From Alphaproteobacteria bacterium (GTDB lineage Bacteria; Pseudomonadota; Alphaproteobacteria; UBA828): a stretch of DNA of 64,000 nucleotides. The notes under the pieces are model-generated. The model ran no database searches. It saw only the letters and a list, made by a program, of their open reading frames with translations, and was not told the DNA's origin. The stretch covers positions 544,001 through 608,000 of the forward strand of contig CAXXVO010000007.1 of assembly GCA_963422645.2 (NCBI GenBank), read 5' to 3'. Of this stretch, positions 42,561 to 53,538 are shown piece by piece. Position 1 is the first letter of the stretch; each line of letters starts with the position of its first letter. Position numbers and translations under genes: made by a program.

Positions 42561-44075
42561 ATGCTGGTTGTGGAAACGATCGCGAAGATCCGTCGGGATC
42601 ATCTGGTGAAGGGCGTTCCGATCAAGAAGCTCGCCCGGGATTTGAGGGTTTCCAAGAACACGATACGCAAGGTGGTGCGGGGCGATGCGACCTCGCACAG
42701 CTACGAGCGCAAGATCCAGCCGATGCCGAAGCTTGGGCTGTGGGTGGAGGAGCTTGAGCGCCAGCTGAAGGCCAACGAGAAGAAGGCACGCAAGGATCGG
42801 CTGTCTCTTCTGCGGATTCATGAAGACCTTGTGTCGCTGGGCTACAAGGGCGGCTATGACGCGGTTCGCCGCTATGCCAGGGCCTGGCGGCGCCGGTGGC
42901 GGCTGTTGTCGCCGGCGCAGGCCTATGTGCCGCTGATCTTCGATCCCGGCGAGGCCTACCAGTTCGACTGGAGCCACGAGTACGCGCGTCTGTCGGGCGC
43001 GACGACCAGGGTGAAGGCGGCGCACATGCGGCTGTGCCACAGCCGGATGTATCTGGTCCAGATCTTTCCCCGCGAGAGCCAGGAGATGGTCTTCGAGGCG
43101 CACGAGCGTGCCTTCCGCTTCTTCGGCGGGGTCTGCCGGCGGGGCATCTACGACAACATGAAGACGGCGGTGAGCACGATCTTCGTGGGCAAGAAGCGGG
43201 ACTACAACCGCCGCTTCCAGGAGCTGTGCTCGCACCATCTGGTGGAGCCTGTGGCGTGCACGCCAGGGGCTGGCTGGGAGAAGGGGCAGGTCGAGAAGCA
43301 GGTGGGTGACCTTCGCGGCCGCCTGTTCGTGCCCATCCCGCGGGGCCGCTCCTACGCCGAGATCAACGAGTGGCTGATGGATCGGTGCATCGAGGACGCC
43401 AAGAAGCATCCGCATCCGACAATCCCGGGCAAGACGGTGTGGCAGGTGTTCGAGGAGGAGCAGCCCTTCCTGATGGCGTATCGCGGCCCCTTCGACGGCT
43501 TCCATGCCAGCGAGGTGTCGGTCTCGAAGACCTGTCTGGTGCGCTTCGACAACAACCAGTACAGCGTCGCGGCCCGCGCCGTCGGCCGGCCGGTGGACGT
43601 GCGGGCCTATGCCGATCGGATCGTCATCCGCCAGGACGGCGAGACCGTTGCCGAGCACCCCCGCAGCTTCGGGCGCGGCCGGTTCGTCTACGATCCGTGG
43701 CATTACGTGCCGATCCTGACGCGGAAGCCCGGCGCGCTACGCAATGGCGCGCCCTTCAAGGACTGGCAGTTGCCCAACGCGCTCGGCCGCCTGCGAACCC
43801 GGCTCGCGGGCCACGACGACGGCGACCGGCAGTTCGTCAAGGTGCTCGCGGCGGTGCTGGAGGACGGACTGGAGGCGGTTGAGGCGGCCTGTGCCGAGAC
43901 GCTCGACTGCGGTGCCTGCAGCGCCGACGTGGTGCTCAACATCCTCGCCCGGCAGCGCCAGCCGGCACCGCCGGCAATCATCCCGACGCCCGAGGGCCTG
44001 CAGCTTCGCCACAAGCCGGTAGCCGACTGTCAGCGCTACGACAGCCTGAGGGAGGCCGGTCATGGAGCGTCATGA
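42561..44075 (+). CDS. istA: IS21 transposase
   Basis: Same protein as 15890..17404. Confidence 0.95.
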   Translation: MLVVETIAKIRRDHLVKGVPIKKLARDLRVSKNTIRKVVRGDATSHSYERKIQPMPKLGLWVEELERQLKANEKKARKDRLSLLRIHEDLVSLGYKGGYDAVRRYARAWRRRWRLLSPAQAYVPLIFDPGEAYQFDWSHEYARLSGATTRVKAAHMRLCHSRMYLVQIFPRESQEMVFEAHERAFRFFGGVCRRGIYDNMKTAVSTIFVGKKRDYNRRFQELCSHHLVEPVACTPGAGWEKGQVEKQVGDLRGRLFVPIPRGRSYAEINEWLMDRCIEDAKKHPHPTIPGKTVWQVFEEEQPFLMAYRGPFDGFHASEVSVSKTCLVRFDNNQYSVAARAVGRPVDVRAYADRIVIRQDGETVAEHPRSFGRGRFVYDPWHYVPILTRKPGALRNGAPFKDWQLPNALGRLRTRLAGHDDGDRQFVKVLAAVLEDGLEAVEAACAETLDCGACSADVVLNILARQRQPAPPAIIPTPEGLQLRHKPVADCQRYDSLREAGHGAS

Positions 44076-44790
44076 TGTGCTGGAGATGATGACCCAGCTG
44101 AAGCTCGCAGGTATGCGCGCCGCTTACGACGACATCCTTGCCGACGGGCTCAAGCGCCGCCATCCGGTGCAACAGATCATCGGTACGCTGCTGCAGGTCG
44201 AGATCGCCGACAAGAGGGCCCGCTCGATCAAGTACCAGATGGCCTCCGCCAAGCTGCCGACGGTCAAGGAGCTGGCCGACTTCGACTTCGCCGCCTCGCC
44301 GGTCAACGAGCCCCTGATCCAGGAGCTCGCCGGCGGCGGCTTCCTCGAGGGCAAACGCAACATCGTGCTGGTCGGCGGCACCGGTACCGGCAAGACCCAT
44401 CTCGCCGTCGCCATCGCGCGGTCCTGCATCCGCAAGGGCGCGCGCGGCCGGTGCTACAACGTCGTCGACCTGGTCAACCTCCTCGAGGCCGAGCTTCGCG
44501 CCGGACGCCAGGGCCGCACTGCAGACCAGCTCGTCCGCCGCGACTTCGTCATCCTCGACGAGCTCGGCTACCTGCCCTTCGCCCAGGCCGGTGGGCAGCT
44601 GCTCTTCCATCTGATGAGCCGGCTCTACGAGCGCACCTCGATCGTCATCACCACAAACCTCGCCTTCGGCGAATGGCCATCCGTCTTCGGCGACCCCAAG
44701 ATGACCACAGCGCTGCTCGATCGCCTCACCCATCATTGCGAGATCATCGAGACCGGCAACGAGAGCTGGCGCTTCAAGAACCGCTCCTGA
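44062..44790 (+). CDS. istB: IS21 helper ATPase
   Basis: Same protein as 17391..18119. Confidence 0.95.
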   Translation: MERHDVLEMMTQLKLAGMRAAYDDILADGLKRRHPVQQIIGTLLQVEIADKRARSIKYQMASAKLPTVKELADFDFAASPVNEPLIQELAGGGFLEGKRNIVLVGGTGTGKTHLAVAIARSCIRKGARGRCYNVVDLVNLLEAELRAGRQGRTADQLVRRDFVILDELGYLPFAQAGGQLLFHLMSRLYERTSIVITTNLAFGEWPSVFGDPKMTTALLDRLTHHCEIIETGNESWRFKNRS

Positions 44791-44960
44791 CCCGCCGCCG
44801 GCCTCCCTTGTGAGCGCGCGCGGTCTTTCAGCGGGGATCGGGGCCTGATCCGCTCGGATTTGTTGAGGTTTTGGGGCGGGTGCCCCTCGGCGAACTTGCA
44901 AGAAGTTCGCCGGGGGGCTTTGTCTCGTGGTGACGGTCACAATCGCCAGAGACGGCCCCA

Positions 44961-45578
44961 ATGTCGCACAACATTTTCCGCCACTCCATGCTTTGCAACG
45001 CCCTGGTCTGGGCCTGGCTGCGCGAGGTCGATGAGGCCGAGGCGGCGCGCTGCCGCGAGGCGGGCTGCCGACACTGCCCCGGCAAGCTGCACAGCGCGAC
45101 GTATCCGCGCAAGCCGTACGGTCTGGCAGCCGAGTTGAGGGAAGAGGGCACGCGGCGGTTCAGCTTCTGCTGCGCGGATTGCCGCCTGCGAGCGACCCCA
45201 CCATCGGTACGATTCTTCGGGCGCCGCTTTTATCTGGGCGCCCTGTTCGTTCTGTTGAGTGCACTGGTTCTGAGAGGCGGGGTGCGGTTGCAGACGATCA
45301 AGCGGAAGTGGGGGGTCTCGGTCGCCACACTGCGCCGCTGGCGGAAGTGGTGGCTGGAGGCGTTCCCGGCGACGGAGCCCTGGGGAGCGAAGCGTGGCGA
45401 ACTGGTGATGCCACCCGAGGAGGTGCCGCTGCTCTTCGTGCTGCGGCAGATGCGGGGCGGACGCTTCGGTGAGCGTCTGTTCCTGAGCCTGATCTGGTTC
45501 AAGCCGTGGACGGGCTATTGCGGGCTCGGCGATGGCTCGGCGCCGCCCGCAGAAAGTGTTCCTGTCACGCCCGGATAG
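44961..45578 (+). CDS. Transposon accessory Zn-finger/HTH protein
   Basis: Same protein as 12507..13124. Confidence 0.75.
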   Translation: MSHNIFRHSMLCNALVWAWLREVDEAEAARCREAGCRHCPGKLHSATYPRKPYGLAAELREEGTRRFSFCCADCRLRATPPSVRFFGRRFYLGALFVLLSALVLRGGVRLQTIKRKWGVSVATLRRWRKWWLEAFPATEPWGAKRGELVMPPEEVPLLFVLRQMRGGRFGERLFLSLIWFKPWTGYCGLGDGSAPPAESVPVTPG

Positions 45579-45627
45579 GGCGTTCTACATGGGCATCTCT
45601 CCGATGCGGCGAGGGAGGGATGCCGGA

Positions 45628-47104
45628 ATGGACAAGGACGACGCGGGCGCCAGGCGCGAGAAGTGGGCCCGGCTGCGCTTTGCGGTGGTGGGGCCGCTTC
45701 TGGCTTCACCGCCGCCTGCAGGCCAGCTGGGGGCCGAGTTCGAGCGTCTGTCGCAGCGCGACTGGGAGCACCCGTCGGGCAAGGGGCCGGTGCGCTTTGC
45801 GGCCTCGACGATCGAGCGCTGGTACTACCGGGCGCGGGCAGAGGAGCAGGACCCGGTCAAGGCGCTGCGCCGGAAGCCTCGGACCGACGTCGGCCGCGAG
45901 CGGTCCATGTCGGCGGGGCTGATCGCGGCGCTGCGCGAGCAGTACCGGGTCCATCCCTCGTGGGCGGCGCAGCTCCACTACGAGACCCTCAAGGCTCATG
46001 TTGCGACCCATCCCGAGCTCGGCCCGATGCCGTCCTACGCGACGCTGAGCGCGGGCGATGCGCAATCGCGGCCTGGTGCGCGAGCGCCCCAGGAAGTGGC
46101 ACGAGGGTGAGGACAAGCCGGCGGTCGAAGCCCGCGAGGTCCTTAGCTACGAGGTGTCTCGCAGTCACGCGCTGTGGCACGGGGACTTCCACCACGGCAA
46201 GCGCCGCGTGCTGACGGCGTCGGGCGAATGGCAGACGCCCATCCTGCTCGGCTTCCTCGACGACCACTCCAGGCTTGGCTGCCACCTGCAGTGGTACCTG
46301 GAGGAGACCGCCGAGGTCTTCGTCCACGGGCTCTGTCAGGCCTTCATGAAGAGGGACTTGCCCAGGTCCCTGCTGACCGACAACGGCGGGCCGATGACGG
46401 CGGGCGAGGTCGAGGAGGGCTTGCACCGCCTCGGCATCGTGGGGGCCACGACACTCGCTTACAGCCCCCATCAAAATGGAAAAATCGAGTCGTTCTGGGG
46501 CACGGTCGAGGGCCGCCTGATGGCTCAGCTCGAAGGCGTCGACGCGCTCACCCTGAAGATGCTCAACGACGCCACCATAGCCTGGCTGGAGCAGGACTAC
46601 CATCGGCGGGTGCACCGCGAGCTCGGCATGACGCCGCATGAACGCCTCGCCGGGAGCGTCAAGGCATCGAGGCCCTGCCCCGCCTCGGACGAGCTCAAGG
46701 CGGCCTTCCGCATCGCCAGGAAGCGCACGCTCAGGCGCTCGGACGGCACCGTCTCGGTCGAGGGCATCCGCTACCAGGTGCCACAGCCGTGGCGCCACCT
46801 GAGGACGCTCTGGGTCCGCTATGCGCGCTGGGACCTCAGCGGCGTCGATCTGGTGGAAGGCCGAAGCGGCGAGCGGCTGTGCACGCTGTACCCCCTCGAC
46901 AAGCGCGGCAACGCCGATGGCGTCCGCCGTCCTGCGAGACCCGGCAGCGACCATGGCGGCGCCAGCGCGGGCGTCGGCGAACTTCCGCCGCTGCTCAAGG
47001 GCGTGCTCGACGCCCAGGCCGCAACAGGCCTGCCGCCGGCCTGGGTACCCCATAACAAGACGCCCGGTCCGGGCGAGGACGACGATCAGGGAGATCCGTC
47101 ATGA
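45628..47104 (+). pseudogene. Mu/IS481-like DDE transposase with +1 frameshift near 46049
   Basis: CTGAGCGCGG here versus CTGACGCGG in copy 1. Confidence 0.88.
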
Positions 47105-47888
47105 ACCGCGAGCTGCTCACCTTCTACGGGCTCAAATGGAACCCCTTCGCCACCGACCTTCCGGTCGACAGCCTCATGGTGAGCCCCGCCGTCGACAGCT
47201 TCTGCCTCAGAATCGAGCATCATCTTGTGCGCCAGGGCGGCTTCGCGTTGATCGCCGGCGAGCCCGGCACCGGAAAGAGCGTGGCGTTGCGCGTGCTCGC
47301 CGACCGCCTCGGCCGCTCGGACGGGCTCAGGGTCTGTGCCATCACCCACCCCTCTTCCAGGCTGTCCGACTTCTACCGCGAGATCGGCGGGATGTTCGGC
47401 GTCGACCTGATGTACAACAACCGCTGGGCCAGCTTCAAAAACCTGCGCGAGCGATGGCTCACCCATGTCGACGACACCCGCATGCGGCCCGTGGTGCTCA
47501 TCGACGAGGCCCAGGAGCTGCTGCCCTCGGTGATCTCCGAGATCCGCCTGCTGGCGTCCACCGACTTCGACTCGCGCGCCATCCTCTCGGTCGTCTTCGC
47601 CGGCGACAGCCGCCTGATCGACAGGCTCCGCCAGCCCGACTTGCAGCCCATCGCCTCGCGCCTGCGCCAGCGCCTGGTCATGACCCAGGCAGACGCCGGC
47701 GACCTCGCGGCCCTGCTCGACCATCTGGTCGAGCAGGCCGGCAATCCGGGCCTCATGAGCGCAGAGCTCAAGGACACCCTGGTCACCCACGCCGGCGGCA
47801 ACCCCAGGGCGCTTACCGTCATGGGCGACATGCTGCTCGCCGCCGGCGCCGAGAAGAACCGCGAGGTTCTCGACGAGAAGCTCTTCAT
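47101..47888 (+). CDS. ExeA-family ATPase; last codons displaced to 50048-50097 by IS1634
   Basis: Identical to copy 1 up to EKLF. Confidence 0.85.
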
Positions 47889-50047
47889 CCCAGGTTGGCA
47901 CTTTTTGTGTTCTGCTGTCGTTTATCGCTTTGATATGGCGCAATATTTTTCTCTGCCGATTCCAACATGGCACTACATTTTGTGAGATTCTGTCAGCTCG
48001 TCAGGCGGGTCCTCGTGCGGTGGATGGCGGGGTCAACACCCGCCGCCGAGGAGATTTGGGCGACCTCGGCGGCCGGGCGCGTGTCCTGGCGGTTGACGAT
48101 CAAGGTGCCGTCGGTCTGGCGCAGTCGCGTGGTGATCCGCACCCAGGTCCGCATGCCCTCGCGGATCGATGCCCAGCACTTGTGGATGCCCCGCGCGGCC
48201 AGTCGGGTACGGATCAGATGCACGGCGTGATAGGCCAGCACGGCGATCAGCAGGTGGGCCGCGATGCGACGGTCGAGCTGGTGCCAGATCGGGCGAAGGC
48301 CGAGCTCGGATTTCAGGCTGCGGAAGGTGGCCTCGATGTCGGTGATGCGCCAGTAGGTCCGCAGGATCGTCTCGATATCCCAGTCGACGTGGCTGGTGCG
48401 CAGCACATAGGCGCCGGCGCCCTCGTCGGCCTCGTCGTATTGCGGCCTGCGCTTGAAGCGCACGGCGGCGGCGTTGGGGCCGGTTTTCGCCTTCTCGACC
48501 GTGACCTCGTAGTGTCTGGCGACGGTGGAGAAGCGCTGCTTGAGACGGCCAATGCTCTCCAGCACCCTGTCGTAGCGCTTGAGGCGGCCCTTGACCGGCA
48601 GGCCGCTATGGAGCCTTTCCAGCGCCGCCTCGAAGCGGTTCCGCCTGAGGCCGATGATCGCGTTCTCGGCCTTCTTCTTGCCCTCGCTGACGACGTAGAG
48701 CCGCGCCTCGCCGTCCTCGCTGGCAAGCCGCCAGGCGCGCACCTCGTGCCGCGCGCTGGTGATCAGCAGAGCCTCGGGCCCGCCCTCGGGCAGCGGCGGC
48801 CTGGCGCCGCGGCTGACCGCGATCCAGTCGTAGCCCTGCTCGCCCAGCCACGCGACGTTCTCCTCGGTGGCGATGCCCGCGTCCATGACCACCGTGGGCT
48901 TCGGCGCCGTGCCGCCGCACACCGCCTCGAGCCTGACCAGCGCGTCCTCCAGCGTGCCCGGCTCGCTCACGTTGCCCGGCAGGATCTCGCAACTGCGCGG
49001 GAAGCCTGCGCCGTCGAGCGCCAGCGCCAGCGTGATCAGCGGACAGTCGTCGCGCTTCTGCTTGGAGCGCCCGAACCTGGGAAGCTGGCCGTGGGTGTGG
49101 CCGTGGTAGTGGACATTGGTGAGATCGTAAAAGGCGATCGTTTCGGGCAGGTCGAGCAGCGCGCGCTCGCGGTTGAACAGCTCCCGCTGAATGGCGGCCC
49201 GGTGGCGCCAGAGCAGGTCGCCGATGCGGTAGAGCGTCTTGCGCCGCAGCGCCTTGCGGTCGCCCTCCAGCCCCAGGAGCTCGGCGGTCGCGCTGTCGCG
49301 GCGCAGCCAGCGGCTGGTGTCACGCTCGCTGGCGGGATGGACCATCCTGGCGACGATCAGCGCGCTGGCGATGCGCCCGTCGCGGCCCTTGATATCGAGG
49401 CCGTGGAGGATGTCGGCGAAGCCGAGGTCGTCGAGGGCCTTGAGGCACAGGCGCTCGCAGCCGACCGTGCGCGGGTTCTCGTGCTCCAGGGTATCGAGGT
49501 CGACGGTGGCGATGTCGGGCTTGCGCGCCTCTTCCTGTATCGCCTCGGGGCGGAACCCCCTGGCCCTGAGCTTGGCGACGATGTCCTCGGCTGCGGCCTG
49601 CACGTCCGGCGCGGCTTCGAGCAGCGGCGGGCGGCCGTTGAGCAGCGCCTCGGCGAGTCCGGCAACTTCGCGCCATTTCTCCTTCGGCACCGGATAGTCG
49701 GTGCCGAGGTTGAGAAGCGTGCGCTGCCTGACCTTGTCGCCGATGCGCTGCGAGAGCACGAGGCGATGGCTGCGGACCGGCTTGCCTTCGGTAGTGTGGG
49801 TCTTGGTTGCCCTGATGAACATGTCGCCCGGCACGTTTTGGTCGTGGCGGGTTCAGATATGTCGGCTTTGGTGGTGGGGTCAAGGGAAATCCTGCAAACC
49901 CACCATTCCCTGGCACTACAAAGGGAGTTCGAGACGGCAATCGCAAATGTAGGGGCGTGCCCTTCTCGTCAACGCTATATCTGGTGTGTCAGCCGGAAAA
50001 ACCTGGCCAATTCGGCCCCGAACAAACGGAAAAAGTGCCAACTTGGG
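47889..50047 (-). mobile_element. IS1634-family element
   Basis: IRs CCCAGGTTGGCACTTTT and AAAAGTGCCAACTTGGG; 4-bp TSD TCAT. Confidence 0.92.
47993..49822 (-). CDS. IS1634 transposase
   Basis: QRTLLNLG, YDLTN, FGRSKQKRDD, VMDAG and IEATFRSLKSELGLRPIWH. Confidence 0.93.
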   Translation of the reverse strand: MFIRATKTHTTEGKPVRSHRLVLSQRIGDKVRQRTLLNLGTDYPVPKEKWREVAGLAEALLNGRPPLLEAAPDVQAAAEDIVAKLRARGFRPEAIQEEARKPDIATVDLDTLEHENPRTVGCERLCLKALDDLGFADILHGLDIKGRDGRIASALIVARMVHPASERDTSRWLRRDSATAELLGLEGDRKALRRKTLYRIGDLLWRHRAAIQRELFNRERALLDLPETIAFYDLTNVHYHGHTHGQLPRFGRSKQKRDDCPLITLALALDGAGFPRSCEILPGNVSEPGTLEDALVRLEAVCGGTAPKPTVVMDAGIATEENVAWLGEQGYDWIAVSRGARPPLPEGGPEALLITSARHEVRAWRLASEDGEARLYVVSEGKKKAENAIIGLRRNRFEAALERLHSGLPVKGRLKRYDRVLESIGRLKQRFSTVARHYEVTVEKAKTGPNAAAVRFKRRPQYDEADEGAGAYVLRTSHVDWDIETILRTYWRITDIEATFRSLKSELGLRPIWHQLDRRIAAHLLIAVLAYHAVHLIRTRLAARGIHKCWASIREGMRTWVRITTRLRQTDGTLIVNRQDTRPAAEVAQISSAAGVDPAIHRTRTRLTS

Positions 50048-50093
50048 TCATGGAGATCCTGGGCGAGCCCGCCAAGCCGAAGAGGGCACGGCG

Positions 50094-51092
50094 GTGAAGG
50101 GCTTCCCGACACGGGCGCCGATGCAGCTCGAGGATCGCCCCCGGGCGCAACAGTGGATGGTGGACACGCTGTGGGCCGAGCAGGCCGTGGGCATCGTCGG
50201 CGGCGAGCCCAAGTGCGGCAAATCCCTGCTCGCGCTCGATCTCGCCGTCGCCGTGGCCACCGGCGTCCCATGCCTGCGCCACTACCGCCCCAGCGCAAGC
50301 GGCACCGTGCTGCTCTTCGCCGCCGAGGACGCCGGCCACAGGGTGCGCAAGCGTCTGCAGGGGATCGCCCGCGCCGCCGCCACCCCCTTCGACGAACTCG
50401 ACATCGCCGTCATCGACGTGCCCACCCTGCGTCTCGACCAGCGCATCGACCGTCAGCGCCTGCAGGAGACCGTGGAGCGCATCGAACCGCGCCTCCTGAT
50501 CCTCGATCCCCTGGTCCGCCTGCACAGCGTCGACGAGAACGCCGTCGCAGAGATCGCCCCCATCCTCGGCTTCCTGCGCGAACTGCAGCGCCGCTTCGAA
50601 ACCGCCGTCCTCCTCGTCCACCACGCCCGCAAGAGCGGCGGCACCCGGCCGGGGCAGGCCCTGCGCGGGAGCAGCGAGCTGCACGCTTGGGGTGACTCAA
50701 ATCTGTACCTGCGCCGGCGCGACAAGAAGATCGTCATGACGGTCGAGCAGCGCGACGCCCGGGGCCTCAACGACATCGAGCTGGAACTCGTCGACGGCGG
50801 ACATGGGCCGGCCTTCCGTCTGCACCAGGACGCGGCAGATGAAGACAGGCACGAGCCCGCCACCGTCGAGCAGCGCGTCTTCAAGGCGATCGAGCAGGCC
50901 GAAAAGCCGCTCTCGAAAGCCCAGATCCGCTCACGCGCCGCTGCCCGCAACGCCACCGTCGTTGCCGCCATCGAGAGCCTCACCAGGGAGGGGCGCATCG
51001 AACGGGCGCCCAGGGGTGGCTATCGCCTCGCAGCCGCCGAGGCGCACCGGGAGCCGCAATCCCCTGCCGCCATCAACGGAAGTGCGGGATGA
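50094..51092 (+). CDS. AAA_25/RepA-like (SF4-type) helicase with probable C-terminal winged helix
   Basis: GGEPKCGKS, AAED, LLILDP, DEN, LVHHARK and RGSS; GTG overlaps the ATPase stop. Confidence 0.88.
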   Translation: MKGFPTRAPMQLEDRPRAQQWMVDTLWAEQAVGIVGGEPKCGKSLLALDLAVAVATGVPCLRHYRPSASGTVLLFAAEDAGHRVRKRLQGIARAAATPFDELDIAVIDVPTLRLDQRIDRQRLQETVERIEPRLLILDPLVRLHSVDENAVAEIAPILGFLRELQRRFETAVLLVHHARKSGGTRPGQALRGSSELHAWGDSNLYLRRRDKKIVMTVEQRDARGLNDIELELVDGGHGPAFRLHQDAADEDRHEPATVEQRVFKAIEQAEKPLSKAQIRSRAAARNATVVAAIESLTREGRIERAPRGGYRLAAAEAHREPQSPAAINGSAG

Positions 51093-51153
51093 GGCGTTCC
51101 CGTTCCCGTTCCCGGAACTCTTAAGCGTTGAAGGGTACAGGAACGGGAACGCC
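51093..51153. repeat. 14-bp perfect inverted repeat with GTTCCC x3 (putative origin)
   Basis: GGCGTTCCCGTTCC (51093) and GGAACGGGAACGCC (ending 51153), between the helicase and primase genes. Confidence 0.8.
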
Positions 51154-51194
51154 GTCAGCCTCCCTTCCAAGCAGACCTTCGCCGGGACCCGGCA

Positions 51195-52064
51195 ATGAGC
51201 GGCGGCGATCCCCTGGCCACCTGCCGCAACATCCCCCTCGACCGGGTCGCCGCCGCCCTCGGCTACCGCAGAGACCCGACCGACCGGGCGCGCTTCAAGC
51301 GCGGGGGCTCGGTCATCAGCATCAACGGCGAGAAGTTCTTCGATCACCTGCGCGGCACGGGAGGGGGTGGCGCCATCGACCTCGTCATCCATGCGACGGG
51401 ATGCCGCTTCCCGGAAGCCCTCCGCTTCCTCGGAAGCCATGAGGGGCGGAGGGAGATCACCACCATCCCAGCCGCCCCGCGACGCCTGCGGCTGCCAAGG
51501 CCCAGTCCCCGCGCCTGGCCCAGGGTCCGGGACGCCCTCATCCGCCAACGCGCTATCGGCACCGACGTGCTCGAAGCCTGCCACGGCCGAGGCCTCCTCT
51601 ACGCCGATGACAGGATCAACGCCGTCTTCATCTGCCGAAACGCCAGCGGGCACACGACCGGCGCCGAGATCCTCGGCACCGCGCCGCAGCCCGGAACAAA
51701 ACGCTTCAGGGGCATGGCCCCGGGATCGCGCAAGGCGCGTGGCGGCTTCTGGCTCCACTGCGACCGAAACCAGCCCGCCCTCGTCATCCTCACCGAGAGC
51801 GCCGTCGACGCCATCTCTGCACGAAGCCTGCGCGTCGAGGGGACGCGCGAGAACGGCGCCGTCGTCGCCTCAACCGCCGGCATCGCCAGCTCGGTCCCGC
51901 CCTGGATCAAGGAGTGGAAGCCACGTCGCATCGTCTGTGCCTACGACGCAGACAGCGCCGGCGACACTGCCGCCGAGCATCTCGTGCTCAACGATCCAAG
52001 GGTGAAAAGGTTGCGCCCACGACACGCCAAGGACTGGAACGAGATGCTCCTGCGGTCTCGATGA
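51195..52064 (+). CDS. Primase-like protein (DUF3991/Toprim)
   Basis: GGGGAIDLV, LTESAVDAIS, CAYDADSAG (Toprim E and DxD) and KDWNE. Confidence 0.85.
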   Translation: MSGGDPLATCRNIPLDRVAAALGYRRDPTDRARFKRGGSVISINGEKFFDHLRGTGGGGAIDLVIHATGCRFPEALRFLGSHEGRREITTIPAAPRRLRLPRPSPRAWPRVRDALIRQRAIGTDVLEACHGRGLLYADDRINAVFICRNASGHTTGAEILGTAPQPGTKRFRGMAPGSRKARGGFWLHCDRNQPALVILTESAVDAISARSLRVEGTRENGAVVASTAGIASSVPPWIKEWKPRRIVCAYDADSAGDTAAEHLVLNDPRVKRLRPRHAKDWNEMLLRSR

Positions 52065-52350
52065 AAGCCAGGCCACTCACCGCTCTCGCAGATCAACCAA
52101 GCGCCGCATCACGAACATCAAATAATCCGAAAACCGCACCATCAAATGCTGGGCGCACGCTCACCTTGCGGCCCGGTTGCCCCGGTGGGCCAACAGGGAC
52201 CCCCCACGCGGCTTCGCTCCGCGTAGCGCAGGGCGCCACACGAAGCCGCGCGGGTCCCCCCTATTGGCTACCGGGACAACCTCCGCCGTGCCACTCAGGG
52301 GGGTCAATTTTGCACGCCGATCGGGGGTCAGTATTGAAAGCCGATTGACA

Positions 52351-53003
52351 CCATGGACGCCCCCGTCAACGCCGCCATGCGCCTCGATGCCCCCGACTTC
52401 CGCATCGCCGCCGTCCTGCCCCGGGTCGACACCCGCCAGCTCCTCGCCATGCGATCCTTCCTCACCGACAGGATGAAGGACGTCTCCGCCGCCCTCGCAG
52501 ACCGCGTCAACACCCAGATCGGCCTCGCCATGACCGGCTCGGTCCCCGTCGGCGAGACCACCGGCCGCGTCGCCGCCATCCTCAAGACCGGCGGCAGGTC
52601 CCGCGCCCTGACAATCGTGCGGACCGAGCTCGGCCGCGCATACTCCATGGCCGGACAGCAGCGCATGGAGCAGGCCGCCGGGATCCTGCCGGGGCTGAGG
52701 AAGCAGTGGCGACGCTCCGGAAAGCTCAGAAGCCGCATCGCCCACGACGCCGTCGACGGACAGACCAGGGAAGCCGCCAGGCCCTTCGACGTCGGCGGCG
52801 CCACGCTCATGTACCCCCGCGATCCCGCCGGACCCGCCGCCGAGACGATCAACTGCGGATGCCAGTCGCTGCCATGGATGGAAAGCTGGGAGGTCGAGAA
52901 CCCCGGGCGAAAGCCGTTCTCCGACGAGGAGATCGCACGCGACCCGCGGCGCGCCGATCTCGAAGGGAAGGAGGCCGGCGCGGGGACAACGCCGGCATCG
53001 TAG
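52351..53003 (+). pseudogene. Phage head morphogenesis protein (Mu gpF/SPP1 gp7-like), 5'-truncated
   Basis: RALTIVRTE, KQW, R..H..VDGQ, LMYPRDP and ETINCGC. Confidence 0.85.
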
Positions 53004-53273
53004 ACCGGGCGAGGCGAAGCCCCGCGCCGCACCCCGATTTACCGGCGAATCCGCACCCCCGGAACCGCCCCGATTTACAGGCCTTTCAGCACCCCTGAAA
53101 CGCCCCGAAAATCACCGTTTCCAGCCAATTCACGGCCCTTTCCGGGCCGGATTCGCAAAGACTTTCGTCCGGCCCGCCAGACCCCGGAAACGCCGCCAAC
53201 CCCTTGACCGTCCGCCATCTTCCGCCTTCTTCCCGGCATCTTCCGGATTCGCAATGACTTTCGTCCCCCTACA

Positions 53274-53538
53274 GCCGTCCACGACCGTGACGGCCGGCCC
53301 ATCGCCATGCTCGGCTTCAGCACCGCGGCGCGAAAGCTCGCACCCCGCGACCGCTTCATCGGATGGACGCCGCAGTCGCGCGAGAAGAACCTCCCGCTTG
53401 TGATCGACAACCCGAGGTTCCTTATTCTGCCCTGGATCGTCATCCCGAACCTGGGCTCGCACATCCTCTCGCTCGTGCGCCGGCAACTGCCCGGCGACTG
53501 GGAGGCGCGCTTCGGAGCGCGCCCGGTTCTGGTGGAGA
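53274..53538 (+). pseudogene. DUF4338 gene, part 2 of 3
   Basis: HDRDGRPIAMLGFS..RDRFIGW..NPRFLILPW..NLGSHILS..PVLVE. Confidence 0.85.

Larger units (their letters stand above)
44811..52163 (+). mobile_element. Complete transposase/ATPase/helicase/primase transposon, copy 2 (5190 bp net of IS1634)
   Basis: IRs TGAGCGCGCGC and GCGCACGCTCA; TSD CCTTG at 44806-44810 and 52164-52168. Confidence 0.93.
42442..52350 (+). mobile_element. IS21-A copy 2, with a transposon inserted in its 3' non-coding end
   Basis: Matches copy 1; 9909 - 7353 - 5 = 2551 bp. Confidence 0.95.
39393..53273. mobile_element. Mu-like transposable prophage remnant (about 4 kb net)
   Basis: TGTAG...CTACA ends, 5-bp TSD GCCGT, repeated AAGTC(T/A)TTGCGAAT sites at both ends in inverted orientation, tail and head genes inside. 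Confidence 0.85.

Noticed and set aside
42436-52356. TSD for IS21-A copy 2
   Set aside because: Flanks GCATGG and CCATGG differ and the flanking genes are unrelated, so this is not a simple insertion.
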